From: an uncultured Chloroflexia bacterium
GTDB lineage: Bacteria > Chloroflexota > Limnocylindria > QHBO01
Reading direction: 5' to 3'
NCBI GenBank assembly: GCA_963699235.1
Contig: OY969424.1
Span: 784,884-848,883, forward strand
Length of the DNA stretch: 64,000 bases
Positions 52,049 to 61,653 of the stretch are shown here, piece by piece (within the stretch, counting starts at the first letter, position 1; every line of letters starts with the position of its first letter). The notes under the pieces are model-generated. The model was not told the origin of the DNA. It did no database searches and saw nothing but the letters and a program-made list of their open reading frames with translations. Made by a program: the position numbers and the translations under genes.

Positions 52049-52537
52049 TCAGCCCTCGTTGCCGCCCCCCTCGCCCCCGTCGCCACCTTCGTCGCCTTCG
52101 CCACCGCAGCCGGACTCGACCCAGAACGTCTTGTGCTTGACGTTCTTGTCGTTCCGGCCCTGCCAGTACAGCTTGTAGTGGCCGGCTTCGAGCTGGATGG
52201 TCGCCGTGGTGAAGCTCGTGTCGGCGCCCGTGTCATACGAGCCCGACTCGCCGAAGTTGTCCTTGGTCGGCGCATGGCCAAGGATCCACCAGTCGCCGGA
52301 CTGGTAGGTGTCGGCGAAGAAGAAGTGGGCGTGGAACGGGCAGCTGACGTGCGGCTCGTTCTTGATCTCGGGCGATGGCTCCTCGCCGGCGAACGCGTCG
52401 CCGGAGTGGATCTTCACCGTCCCGTTGTTGCCGTTCGGGCCCGCGGCAACGACGGGCATGGCCGCGGTCAGCAGCATCGCGGCGGCAAGCCAGGCGAGCA
52501 GTGCGCGGTGAGGTCGGGAGTGGGAATGGCCGGGCAT
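52049..52537 (-). CDS. secreted protein of unknown function with acidic Gly/Glu tail
   Basis: In-frame ATG 52537 of ORF 52049..52606. Signal peptide (LLAWLAAAMLLTAAMPVVAA), the sequence NNGTVKIH..NEPHVSCPF, and a C-terminal GGEGDEGGDGGEGGGNEG tail. Confidence 0.6.
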   Translation of the reverse strand: MPGHSHSRPHRALLAWLAAAMLLTAAMPVVAAGPNGNNGTVKIHSGDAFAGEEPSPEIKNEPHVSCPFHAHFFFADTYQSGDWWILGHAPTKDNFGESGSYDTGADTSFTTATIQLEAGHYKLYWQGRNDKNVKHKTFWVESGCGGEGDEGGDGGEGGGNEG

Positions 52538-52732
52538 GGGTAGCCCCCCAGTGCGGATAAGGACAGGCTCATCCTGCGGTGGCCAACCGCCAAAGGTCCA
52601 TGGCAAAGTCAGTACTTTCGGTGTCGCCGGTCACCGCAATTCGCTGAGCCGGGAGGCGGTTCAGAACGGTCTGGTCGGGACAGGTACTGTGAAGGACGGT
52701 TCGACCGATCCGTCACCGGCGGGCGCCAACGC

Positions 52733-53176
52733 GTGGTGATCCATGGGCTGGAGCCCATCCCGCGGGCCGCTATGCTCGACACCGTGAAGTCCGAGCCCGG
52801 CACGCCACTCCCGGTCGGGCGTGGCACGCTCGAAGCCGAGCCACTCACCAACACCACCGGCGACCACGCCCTGCTCCTCCGCCAGGCTGAAACGCCACGG
52901 GTCCTTCTGTTGTCCGAGCCCGGATCGGTGGCCGAGACCGGCCGGGAGCGGGTCATCGTGGTGCCCTTCGACGCCGACGTCGAAACGCGGGTCGATGGGG
53001 ACGCCCTGGCCACCTGGATCGCCGCTCCCCTGGATACAGCCTTCGAGAAGACCGATGCCCGGGTGCCGGCCTGGGCCAGCGCATTCGGGTTCGTGCTGAT
53101 CATTCTCGTGGTGGTGCTCACGGTCGTCGGCGGGGCAGCCGTGTTCTCATGGATCCTCGACACGGTGGGGGCGTGA
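52733..53176 (+). CDS. hypothetical protein with C-terminal TM helix
   Basis: ORF 52733..53176. C-terminal helix FGFVLIILVVVLTVVGGAAVF. I recognise no homology. Confidence 0.4.
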   Translation: MVIHGLEPIPRAAMLDTVKSEPGTPLPVGRGTLEAEPLTNTTGDHALLLRQAETPRVLLLSEPGSVAETGRERVIVVPFDADVETRVDGDALATWIAAPLDTAFEKTDARVPAWASAFGFVLIILVVVLTVVGGAAVFSWILDTVGA

Positions 53177-53529
53177 CCATCGGTCCGGAGGATCCGAGCG
53201 TTCCGGTCGAGCCCAGCGAGCCCACCGACCAGCGCCTGTCGGTGCCCGATGTCGGACTGCTGCCCAGCCGGATCGGCCTGGAGTTCGGTGGAGCCGAGGC
53301 GTTCGTGGACAGCCTGGTGCGGGCCGTGATCGACGGCGGAACGCTCGGAGGCGGGGCGACCCTGGTGGCGCTGCTCGATCGCGGCGACCTCTCAATCCAC
53401 ATCCCGCGCCGCGACGGGCCCGCCTGGAACGTGGTGCCGCTCCTCCACCTGCACCCCGGGGAGCAGCCGACCGACGCCGACTGGGCATCGGCCAACGCCA
53501 TACTCGAGCGCCTCGAACGGTACCGCTAG
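53173..53529 (+). CDS. hypothetical protein
   Basis: Frame of ORF 53149..53529. GTG 53173 overlaps the upstream stop (GTGA), suggesting coupling. I recognise no homology. Confidence 0.4.
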   Translation: MTIGPEDPSVPVEPSEPTDQRLSVPDVGLLPSRIGLEFGGAEAFVDSLVRAVIDGGTLGGGATLVALLDRGDLSIHIPRRDGPAWNVVPLLHLHPGEQPTDADWASANAILERLERYR

Positions 53530-53558
53530 GTCAGTTGCGACTCGCCGAGCCGCGGAGC

Positions 53559-54920
53559 TCAGGGGCGGGCGGTGTCGATGGCGGCGGCGATGATCGTGAC
53601 CGCCTGGTCCACCTCCGCTTCGGTGGTCACGAGTGGCGGGATGACGCGGACGACCTGGCCCCAGGTCCCGCAGGACAGGAGCAGGAGCCGATGCATGAGG
53701 GCGTCGGTGATGACCGCCTTGGCGAGGTCCGGGCGCGGGGTCAGGGTCTCGGGGTCCGCGAACTCGATGCCGACCATGAGGCCGCGACCGCGGACCTCGG
53801 CCACGTACGGGTTGCCCGCCGCGGCCCGACGAAGGCCGTCGAGGAGCCGCGTGCCGAGGGTCTCGGCCCGGGCGGTCAGACCCTCCTCCTCGAACACGTC
53901 GAGGGTCGCGAGGCCGGCCGCGCACGACACCGCGTTGCCGCCGTACGTGCCGCCGTGGCCGCCGGGCGGGAACTTCGCCAGCAGCTCGCGCGAGGCGAGG
54001 ATGCCCGAGAGCGGCATGCCCGAGGCGATGCCCTTGGCCATGACCACGATGTCGGGCCGGGCGCCACTCCATTCGGACGCGAAGAAGCGGCCGGTGCGCC
54101 CGTAGCCGGACTGCACCTCGTCGGCGATGAGGAGGATCCCGTGGCGGTCGGCCACTTCCCGCAGCGCGGGGAGGAACCCGTCCGGCGGCACGACGTACCC
54201 GCCCTCGCCGAGCACCGGCTCGACCAGGAACGCGGCCACGTCCTCGGGGAACACGAGCGTCGCGAACAGCTCGTCGAGCTGCGACATCGTCCACTCGAGG
54301 GCGGCTTCGGGCGTTCGCGACTCGGCGCTCGTCGCGGTCGGGGTGCGCAGCGTGTACGGGAACGGCGCGAAGTAGACCGATGCGAGGAGCGGCTCGTAGT
54401 GACCGCGGTTCTTGATCGCGGACGAGGTGAGGGACATCGTCCCGTGGGTCCGGCCGTGGAACCCACCGCGGAACGCGACGATCGCCGGCCGATGGGTCGC
54501 GATCTTGGCCAGCTTGACGGCGGCCTCGATCGCCTCCGCACCGGAGTTCGACAGGAACAGGCCGATCTCCTCGCCCTCGGCGGCATTGGGGAAGTAGCGG
54601 GGAAGCCGTTCGTGGAGCTCGAGACCGGGCTTGTGATAGAGGATGTTCTGCTGGGCGTGGATGATTTTGGCCGCCTGCTCGGCGATGGCCGCGGCCACCC
54701 GCGGATGGGCGTGGCCGGTATTCGTGACCCCGATGCCGCAGGTGTAGTCGAGGTATCGGTCGCCGTCCTGGGTGACGATCCAGGATCCCTCCCCGTGGTC
54801 CACGACGAGGTCCGTGTAGCGGGCCCATACGGCAGGAACGCCGGCACGGCGCGCGAGCCATACGGCCGAGTCGTCGGCGCGGGGATCGACGATGGGTTCG
54901 GTCTCGAGCTGGGTGGTCAT
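53559..54920 (-). CDS. class III (acetylornithine/4-aminobutyrate type) pyridoxal-phosphate aminotransferase
   Basis: In-frame ATG 54920 (MTTQLETEP) of the 1087-aa run-on ORF 53559..56822. Motifs FLSNSGAEAIEAAVKLA, LIADEVQSGYGRTG and the PLP lysine context VMAKGIASG. Confidence 0.9.
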   Translation of the reverse strand: MTTQLETEPIVDPRADDSAVWLARRAGVPAVWARYTDLVVDHGEGSWIVTQDGDRYLDYTCGIGVTNTGHAHPRVAAAIAEQAAKIIHAQQNILYHKPGLELHERLPRYFPNAAEGEEIGLFLSNSGAEAIEAAVKLAKIATHRPAIVAFRGGFHGRTHGTMSLTSSAIKNRGHYEPLLASVYFAPFPYTLRTPTATSAESRTPEAALEWTMSQLDELFATLVFPEDVAAFLVEPVLGEGGYVVPPDGFLPALREVADRHGILLIADEVQSGYGRTGRFFASEWSGARPDIVVMAKGIASGMPLSGILASRELLAKFPPGGHGGTYGGNAVSCAAGLATLDVFEEEGLTARAETLGTRLLDGLRRAAAGNPYVAEVRGRGLMVGIEFADPETLTPRPDLAKAVITDALMHRLLLLSCGTWGQVVRVIPPLVTTEAEVDQAVTIIAAAIDTARP

Positions 54921-54976
54921 GGGTTCAAGGGTAGACCCCGAACGGCCGTGGAGGAAGGGGGCCGTTCTGCGACGCG

Positions 54977-55801
54977 CTAGCGCCCGTGGACGGTGACCGG
55001 GCCCGCCTCGCCGCGCTTCCCAGCCCGCCGCCCGGCCCACGCCTGGACCGCGAGGAAGACGAACGCGACCATGAAGATCAGCGTGCCCAGGACGTTGACC
55101 TCCGGCGGGATGCCGAGCCGGCTGACGCCGAACACCCAGAGCGGGAAGGTGACCGTCCGGCCGGCGTTGAACAGGGTGATGACGTAGTCGTCGATCGAGA
55201 GGGCAAAGGCCAGCAGGGCGGCGGCCAGGATGCCGGGAAAGATGATCGGGAAGGTCACCTTGCGGAAGGTCGTCCAGCCGTCCGCGTAGAGGTCCTGGCC
55301 GGCTTCTTCGAGCGAGCGGTTGAACCCTGCGAGCCGGGCGCGGACCGTGACCACCACGAACGAGATGTTGAACATGATGTGGCTGATCAGGATCGTCGGC
55401 GCCCCACGTTCCAGCCCCATCGACACCCAGAGGGTGAGGAGCGAGGCGCCCAGGATGATCTCGGGCGCCGTCATCGGGATGAAGATCAGGATGTTGCTCG
55501 GACCTTCGCCGCGGAAGTCGTAGCGGGTCAGGGCCAACCCCATCATCGTGCCCACCGTCGTCGCCACGATGGTCGAGACGATGGCGATGACGAGGCTCAA
55601 GAGCAGCGGACCGGTGATGTCGGGCCGTGACCAGACGGTGATGTAGTTCTGGAGCGTGAATCCCTGCCAGGTGATGTTCTGCCGGCCGGCGGGATCGTTG
55701 AAGCTGAAGATGATCATCACCGCGATCGGCGCGAAGAGGAAGATCACGACCAGCGCGGTGAACACCGGCAGGGCGACGCGGGAGAAGCGGCCTCCGGTCA
55801 T
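54977..55801 (-). CDS. ABC transporter permease (PotC/PotI-like)
   Basis: ORF 54977..55801, 274 aa, with six TM helices and an EAA-loop (LEEAGQDLYADGWTTFRKVTFP). Confidence 0.9.
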   Translation of the reverse strand: MTGGRFSRVALPVFTALVVIFLFAPIAVMIIFSFNDPAGRQNITWQGFTLQNYITVWSRPDITGPLLLSLVIAIVSTIVATTVGTMMGLALTRYDFRGEGPSNILIFIPMTAPEIILGASLLTLWVSMGLERGAPTILISHIMFNISFVVVTVRARLAGFNRSLEEAGQDLYADGWTTFRKVTFPIIFPGILAAALLAFALSIDDYVITLFNAGRTVTFPLWVFGVSRLGIPPEVNVLGTLIFMVAFVFLAVQAWAGRRAGKRGEAGPVTVHGR

Positions 55802-55825
55802 TGGTCCAATCCTCTGCGCATCGGC

Positions 55826-56687
55826 TCAGCCCTCGGTCAGCCGCTCGGACCCGACGGCCCGGATGTAGAACCCGACGAGGACCATGACCCCGATCACGAG
55901 GACGAACCCGAGGGCTGCGGCGGTGGGGTAGTTGTTCGCGTTCAGGAACTGGAACTGGATGACGTTGCCGATCATGATCACGTCCCGGTTGCCGCCTCCG
56001 ATGACCTCGGCGTTGATGAAGTCGCCGATGACCGGGATGAAGGTCAGCAATGACCCGGCGATGACGCCGGGCAGGGACAGGACGAACGTGATCCGCCAGA
56101 ACGCCTGCATGCGGCTGGCATACAGGTCGTTCGCCGCCTCGATCAGCCGCCGGTCGATCTTCTCGAGGGCCACGTACAGCGGCAGGATCATGAACGGCAG
56201 GAAGTTGTACGTCAGCCCGAAGATGACCGATGCGGGGGTGGCGAGGAACTGGAACGAGGGATCCAGCAGGCCGATGTCCTTGAGCGTCCCGAACAGGATC
56301 CCGTTGTCGGCCAGGATCATCTTCCAGTTCAGGGTCCGGATGATGAAGCTCACGAAGAACGGCATGACCACGATGAGCAGCAACGCGTTCTTGAAGCGCC
56401 CCCCGCGGAAGGCGATGGTGTAGGCCATCGGGTAGCCGATGAGCAGGGTGATGATCGTCGTCAGGAGGGCGAAGACGATCGACCGAACGAATGAGCTCCC
56501 AGTACTCGCCGATAACCTCGGGGTAGATCGCGAAGTTCCAGGTGAGCTCAAAACCCTGGCTCAGCGACCCTTCCTGCAGCGAGACGACGAACATGAAGGC
56601 CATGGGGATGGCGAAGAAGATCAGGAGCCAGATCACACCCGGCCCGAGCAGGGCGTAGGGGACCCACCAGCGGCGATCGGTGGTCAT
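55826..56687 (-). pseudogene. ABC transporter permease (PotB/PotH-like), frame break about 56489..56496 (may be an assembly indel)
   Basis: N-terminus MTTDRRWWVPYALLGPGVIWLLIFFAIPM...EYWE is in the frame of ORF 53559..56822. The remainder FVRSIVFALLTTIITLLIGYPMAY... is in ORF 55826..56551. An EAA-loop (LIEAANDLYASRMQAFWRITF) is present. Confidence 0.8.
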
Positions 56688-56703
56688 CGGTCTAGTCCCG
56701 TCA

Positions 56704-57957
56704 TCAGGCGCCCAGCAGCTCAAGGAAGAGGTCGTTCCATTGCGCCTCTTCCTCCTCGTCGAGGGGCTTGTCCTCGTACGTCGTGGCCAGCTGCTCGTCG
56801 GTGGGGGCGACCGTCGGCGCAATGGCGTCCAGGATGTCGGCCGTCTCCGTATCTCCCGCGTCGCGGGCCGCGGCCGCGTCGTCCCGGATGCGGTCGGGCA
56901 CCCCGGCCACCGGCGTGAAGTAGCCGATGTACTCCGACAGGACGGTGGCGGGAACCGGGTCGTACCAGTAGTTCATCAGGGCGTGGGCGCCGGTCGTGTT
57001 CGCCGCCATGTTCGGAATGACGAGGTTGTCGTTCCAACGGATGCCGCCGGTGTCGGGGATCGCGAACTGGATGGCGTCGTTGTCGTAGAGCTGCATCTGG
57101 CTGATGTCGCCGGACCAGGCCATGGACGCCGCCAGGTTGCCGGCGGCCAGCTCGTCGTAGTACTCGTTGCCGTAGAACCCGCGGAACTGCCCGGCCTCCG
57201 CCGGCGCCAGGAGCTTTTGCTGGGCCGCGGTCACGTCCTCGATCGTGGCCTCTGCCGGGATGACGCCCATCGAAAGCAGTGCGAGCGGGAACGTGTCCCG
57301 CATCTCGGAGAACATCCCAACCTGGCCCGCGAACTCAGGGTCGAGGAGGTCGTCGAAGCTGGTCAGCTCCCGCCCGGTCAGGTTCGGGTCGTAGGCGATC
57401 CCGGTGATACCGCCCTGCCACCACACGCTATGGGCATTGTCCGGGTCGAACGAGAGACCCCGCGCGTAGTCCGCCGCGTTGGCCTCGAGGTTCGGAATCA
57501 GGTCCAGCTCCAGGGGCTCGAGATACTCGAGGCTGGTCATGCGCGCGACCATCCAGTCGCTCGGCGTGATCAGGTCCCAGCCGGTCGGCGTCCCGTTGGC
57601 CAGATCGGGCTGAATGGTGCCGAAGAACTCCTCGTTGTCGTTGATGGCCTCCTGGTAATTGACCGTGATGCCGGTCTGCTCGGTGAAGGCCAGGATCGTC
57701 GGGTACTCCCCGGTCTCGTCGTCGATGTCGATGTACGCCGGCCAGTTGGCCCATTCCACCGTGCCGCCTTCGGCCCCGCTGGGGGAACAGGCGGCAATCA
57801 GCCCGGGCAGGGTCATCATCGCCCCCAGCGCCACACCGCCTCGGCCCGCCCGGCCCAGGAAGGCGCGGCGACTGACCTGCTCCCGGCGCATGGCGCGCTC
57901 GATGGCCGCCTCGATCCGGCTCGGAGGCCCCAGCCCGCGGCGAGAAGGCTCAGCCAT
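56704..57957 (-). CDS. polyamine-type (PotD/PotF-like) ABC substrate-binding lipoprotein, copy 1
   Basis: ORF 56704..57957. Twin-arginine signal (SRRAFLGRAG) plus lipobox (LIAAC). Family-1 solute-binding pattern. Confidence 0.85.
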   Translation of the reverse strand: MAEPSRRGLGPPSRIEAAIERAMRREQVSRRAFLGRAGRGGVALGAMMTLPGLIAACSPSGAEGGTVEWANWPAYIDIDDETGEYPTILAFTEQTGITVNYQEAINDNEEFFGTIQPDLANGTPTGWDLITPSDWMVARMTSLEYLEPLELDLIPNLEANAADYARGLSFDPDNAHSVWWQGGITGIAYDPNLTGRELTSFDDLLDPEFAGQVGMFSEMRDTFPLALLSMGVIPAEATIEDVTAAQQKLLAPAEAGQFRGFYGNEYYDELAAGNLAASMAWSGDISQMQLYDNDAIQFAIPDTGGIRWNDNLVIPNMAANTTGAHALMNYWYDPVPATVLSEYIGYFTPVAGVPDRIRDDAAAARDAGDTETADILDAIAPTVAPTDEQLATTYEDKPLDEEEEAQWNDLFLELLGA

Positions 57958-57986
57958 CCGCCGTCACGCAACCCCGTCGATCCGGC

Positions 57987-59249
57987 TCAGCCGCCGAGCA
58001 GCTCCAGGAAGAGGTCGTTCCACTGGGCCTCTTCCTCCTCGTCCAGCTGCTTGTAGGGGTACGTGTTCGCCAGCTGGTCCTCGGTTGGCGACACCGTGGG
58101 CACGATCGCCTCGTAGAGGTCGGCGGTCTCGGTGTCGCCGTCCTCGCGAGCGGCATCCGCATCGGCCTGGATGAGCTCGCCCACACCCGTCACCGGGGTG
58201 AAGTAGCCGATGTACTCCGACAGCAGCGTCGCCGGGGTCGGGTCGTACCAGTAGTTGATCAGGGCATGGGCCGCCTCGATGTTGGCCGCCCCCTTGGGAA
58301 TGAGGAGGTTGTCGTTCCAGCGCATGGCGCCGGACTCCGGCACGACGAATCGGACCTGGTCGTTGTCGTACAGCTGCATCTGGGTCACGTCGCCGGACCA
58401 GGCCATGGTGGCCACCAGGTTCCCGGCGGCCAGCTCGTCGTAGTACTCGTTGCCGTAAAAGCCGCGGAACTGGCCGCGCTCGGCGGCCTCCAGCAGCTTC
58501 TGCTGGGCGGCGGTCACGTCGTCGATGGTGGCGTTTTCGGGCACGATGCCCATCGACAGCAGGGACAGGCTGAACGTGTCTCGCATGTCCGAGTACAGGC
58601 CGACCTGTCCCTCGAACGCCGGGTCGAGCAGGTCGTCGAAGGTCGTGATCTCGCGGCCGGTCAGGTTCGGGTCGTAGCCGATGCCGGTGATCCCGCCCTG
58701 CCACCACACGCTGTGCGTATTGTCCGGGTCGAAGTACAGGCCCTTGGCGTAGTCGGCACAGTTGTCGGCCCAGTTCGGAAGGAGGCTGTGGTCGAGCTCC
58801 TCGACATAGCCGAGGCGGATCATCTTCTCGACCATCCAGTCGCTGGGGGAGACGATGTCCCAGCCGGTCGCGTTGCCGGCAGCAAGATCCGGCTGGATGG
58901 TCCCGAAGAACTCCTCGTTGTCGTTGATGGCCTCGACGTAGTTGACGTTGAAGCCGGTCTGCTCGATGAAGGCGTTGATGGTCGGGTACTGGGTCGGGTT
59001 GGCCTCGATCGTCTCGTCGATGTCGATGTACGCCGGCCAGTTGGCCCACTCGATGGTGGTTCCGCTCCCCCCGCCGCTCTCACTGGGCATGCACGCCGCG
59101 ATCAGCGCGGGCAGCGACATCATGGCGCCCAGCGCAATCCCGCCCCGTCCGGCTCGCCCCAGGAAGGCTCGTCGGTTGATCCGGTCCTGTCGCATGGCCT
59201 GCTGAATGGCCAGCTCGATCCGGGACAGCGGGGGGCGCGGGTCAGACAT
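57987..59249 (-). CDS. polyamine-type (PotD/PotF-like) ABC substrate-binding lipoprotein, copy 2
   Basis: In-frame ATG 59249 ([19 protein letters not shown]) of ORF 57987..59321. Same signal type (NRRAFLGRAG ... LIAAC). Colinear with copy 1. Confidence 0.85.
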   Translation of the reverse strand: MSDPRPPLSRIELAIQQAMRQDRINRRAFLGRAGRGGIALGAMMSLPALIAACMPSESGGGSGTTIEWANWPAYIDIDETIEANPTQYPTINAFIEQTGFNVNYVEAINDNEEFFGTIQPDLAAGNATGWDIVSPSDWMVEKMIRLGYVEELDHSLLPNWADNCADYAKGLYFDPDNTHSVWWQGGITGIGYDPNLTGREITTFDDLLDPAFEGQVGLYSDMRDTFSLSLLSMGIVPENATIDDVTAAQQKLLEAAERGQFRGFYGNEYYDELAAGNLVATMAWSGDVTQMQLYDNDQVRFVVPESGAMRWNDNLLIPKGAANIEAAHALINYWYDPTPATLLSEYIGYFTPVTGVGELIQADADAAREDGDTETADLYEAIVPTVSPTEDQLANTYPYKQLDEEEEAQWNDLFLELLGG

Positions 59250-60399
59250 CGAGGTCTCCTTCTTCCTCCGGGGCATGGGGATCGGCGGCGACATGCTCGT
59301 CGGCCGATCCGGCAACGACAAAGGTGTGACGCGGCTGCCACGTCAGCCGCACGGTCTCGCCACGGGCGATGGCCTCGGCCGCGCCCGCGGTTTCCAGGTT
59401 CTGTGAATAGGCGGTCATCCGGTGACCGTCGCGCGTCTCGACCAGGTACTGGGTGCTGACCCCCAGGTAGCTGGCGTCCAGGACGGTTCCTTCGAGGGCG
59501 TTCAGCTCGTTGCCGGCCTGGCCGTCGGCACCGGTCACGACCCGGAGCTTCTCGGGGCGGACGCCCAGCCGGACCGATTTCTGGCCGTTCTTGCCGGCCG
59601 GAGCCTTGATCACGGTGCCGTCCTTGAGGCGGATGGCGATCATCCCGCCCTCGTGGCCGGCGACCTCTCCCTCGAGCAGGTTCGAGACGCCCAGGAAGCC
59701 GGCCACGAATGCCGTCTCCGGCCGCTCGTACAGGCTCTCGGGATCACCCAGCTGCTCGATCTTGCCGGCCCGCATGACGGCGATCCGGTCTGACATGGTC
59801 ATGGCCTCTTCCTGGTCATGGGTCACGTAGATGAACGTGATCCCGACCTCGGTCTGGATGCTCTTCAGCTCGATCTGCATCTGCTTGCGGAGCTTCAGGT
59901 CCAGGGCGCCGAGTGGCTCGTCCAGGAGGAGGACCTGGGGATGGTTGATCAGGGCCCGGGCGAGGGCGATCCGCTGCTGCTGGCCGCCGGACAGCATCGT
60001 CGGCTTGCGCTCCTCGTAGCCGGGCAGCTCGACGAGCTTGAGCATGGCCTCGACCTGGCTCTTGACCTGGGCGTTCGAGACCTTGCGGCGGCGGAGGCCG
60101 AACGCGACGTTCTCGAAGATCGTCAGGTGCGGGAAGAGGGCGTAGTTCTGGAAGACGGTGTTGACGTTGCGCTTGAACGGGGGAAGGCCGGTCACGTCCT
60201 GGTCGCCGAGGTAGACCGTCCCGCTGGTGGTGGCCTCGAAGCCGCCGATCATGCGCAGGGTCGTGGTCTTGCCACAGCCGGACGGGCCGAGCAGGGAGAA
60301 GAACTCCCCGCGCCAGACATCAAGCGACAGGTCGTCCACCGCGACCATCTCGCCGAATGATTTCGTGACGTGTTCCAGGCGGACGTCGACGTCGGGCAA
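59242..60399 (-). CDS. ABC transporter ATP-binding protein (PotA-like)
   Basis: ORF 59242..60399. Walker A (GPSGCGKTT), signature (LSGGQQQR), Walker B (LLLDEPL) and a TOBE-like C-terminus. Confidence 0.9.
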   Translation of the reverse strand: MPDVDVRLEHVTKSFGEMVAVDDLSLDVWRGEFFSLLGPSGCGKTTTLRMIGGFEATTSGTVYLGDQDVTGLPPFKRNVNTVFQNYALFPHLTIFENVAFGLRRRKVSNAQVKSQVEAMLKLVELPGYEERKPTMLSGGQQQRIALARALINHPQVLLLDEPLGALDLKLRKQMQIELKSIQTEVGITFIYVTHDQEEAMTMSDRIAVMRAGKIEQLGDPESLYERPETAFVAGFLGVSNLLEGEVAGHEGGMIAIRLKDGTVIKAPAGKNGQKSVRLGVRPEKLRVVTGADGQAGNELNALEGTVLDASYLGVSTQYLVETRDGHRMTAYSQNLETAGAAEAIARGETVRLTWQPRHTFVVAGSADEHVAADPHAPEEEGDLDV

Positions 60400-60467
60400 C
60401 CGCGCACCCTCCCAGCGTCCCGGCAGTATAGGTCCGGGGACAAGCCGCTGATAGACTCGGCGGACCG

Positions 60468-61619
60468 ATGGATTTTGCCCTCTCGTCTGCCCACGAGGAC
60501 ATCCGCCGCACGGTCCGCGACTTCGCCGATCGGCGCATCGCGCCGGAGGCCGATGAGATGGAGGTCCGGGGCGAGTTCCCCCACGATCTCGTCCGCGAGG
60601 CGGCCTCCCTGGGCCTGCTGGGGGTGCCCTATCCGACCGAGCTGGGCGGCACCGGGCTGGACAACCTGGCCTACGCCATCACGGTCGAGGAGCTGTCGCG
60701 GGTCTCGGGCTCGATGGGGATCATTGTCTCCGCCCACACCTCGTTGGGCGCGGGCCCGCTCTACCTGGCCGGCACCCCGGAGCAGCAGGAGCGGTTCCTT
60801 CGTCCGCTGGCCAGCGGGGAGAAGCTCGGTGCCTACGGCCTGACCGAGCCCGGAGCGGGGAGCGACTCGCGGGGGACGAAGACGCGGGCGAGGCGCGACG
60901 GGGACGAGTGGGTCATCGACGGCGCCAAACAGTTCATCACCAACGCCGGGGTGGCGGACATCTACATCGTGGTGGCCCGGACCGGCGAGGCGGAGGACGA
61001 CTCCCAGATCACGGCCTTCATCGTCGAGAAGGGGACGCCCGGGTTCACGTTCGGGCGGCTCGAGGAGAAGATGGGGCTCCACGCCTCGGCCACCGGGGAG
61101 CTGCTGTTCAGCGGCTGCCGGGTCCCGGCAGCCAACCTGCTGGGCGACGAGGGAGAGGGCGACAAGCTGTTCCTCCGCACCCTGGACGGCGGCCGGGTCG
61201 GAATCGGCGCCATGGCCCTCGGGCTGGCCCAGGCCGCCTACGAGGCGGCATCGGCCTATGCGAAGGAGCGCAAGCAGTTCGGGCGGGCGATTGCGTCGTT
61301 CCAGGGGGTGGCCTTCCAGATCGCGGACATGGCGACCGAGATCGACGCCGCGCGTCTCCTCGTCTACCGCGCGGCATGGCTCAAGGACCAGGGCAAGCCG
61401 TTCACCACCGAGGCGGCGATGGCCAAGCTCTACGCCTCCGAGGTCGCGGCGCGGGCCACGAACGCAGCGATCCAGGTCCACGGCGGGTACGGATACGTGC
61501 GCGAGTACAAGGTCGAGCGCTACCTGCGCGACGCGAAGCTGACCGAGATCGGGGAGGGGACGAGCGAGATCCAGCGCCTGGTGATCGCCCGCAACCTGCT
61601 CGGCATCCGGGCGATGTAG
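60468..61619 (+). CDS. acyl-CoA dehydrogenase
   Basis: ORF 60468..61619, 383 aa. Pattern [11 protein letters not shown] ... [34 protein letters not shown]. Confidence 0.9.
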   Translation: MDFALSSAHEDIRRTVRDFADRRIAPEADEMEVRGEFPHDLVREAASLGLLGVPYPTELGGTGLDNLAYAITVEELSRVSGSMGIIVSAHTSLGAGPLYLAGTPEQQERFLRPLASGEKLGAYGLTEPGAGSDSRGTKTRARRDGDEWVIDGAKQFITNAGVADIYIVVARTGEAEDDSQITAFIVEKGTPGFTFGRLEEKMGLHASATGELLFSGCRVPAANLLGDEGEGDKLFLRTLDGGRVGIGAMALGLAQAAYEAASAYAKERKQFGRAIASFQGVAFQIADMATEIDAARLLVYRAAWLKDQGKPFTTEAAMAKLYASEVAARATNAAIQVHGGYGYVREYKVERYLRDAKLTEIGEGTSEIQRLVIARNLLGIRAM

Positions 61620-61653
61620 GTCGTCGGCGATCGACGAGGGCGGGACCAGACAC

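Noticed and set aside
52538-52732. 195-nt intergenic region as a riboswitch or sRNA
   Set aside because: I found only weak 4-bp pairings and nothing resembling a known RNA family. It needs an Rfam scan before any claim.
53559-56822. 1087-aa ORF as a giant multidomain protein
   Set aside because: It is a run-on frame lacking stops that crosses the aminotransferase, both permease genes and part of a binding-protein gene. Only its last 453 codons and a short N-terminal permease segment carry real motifs.
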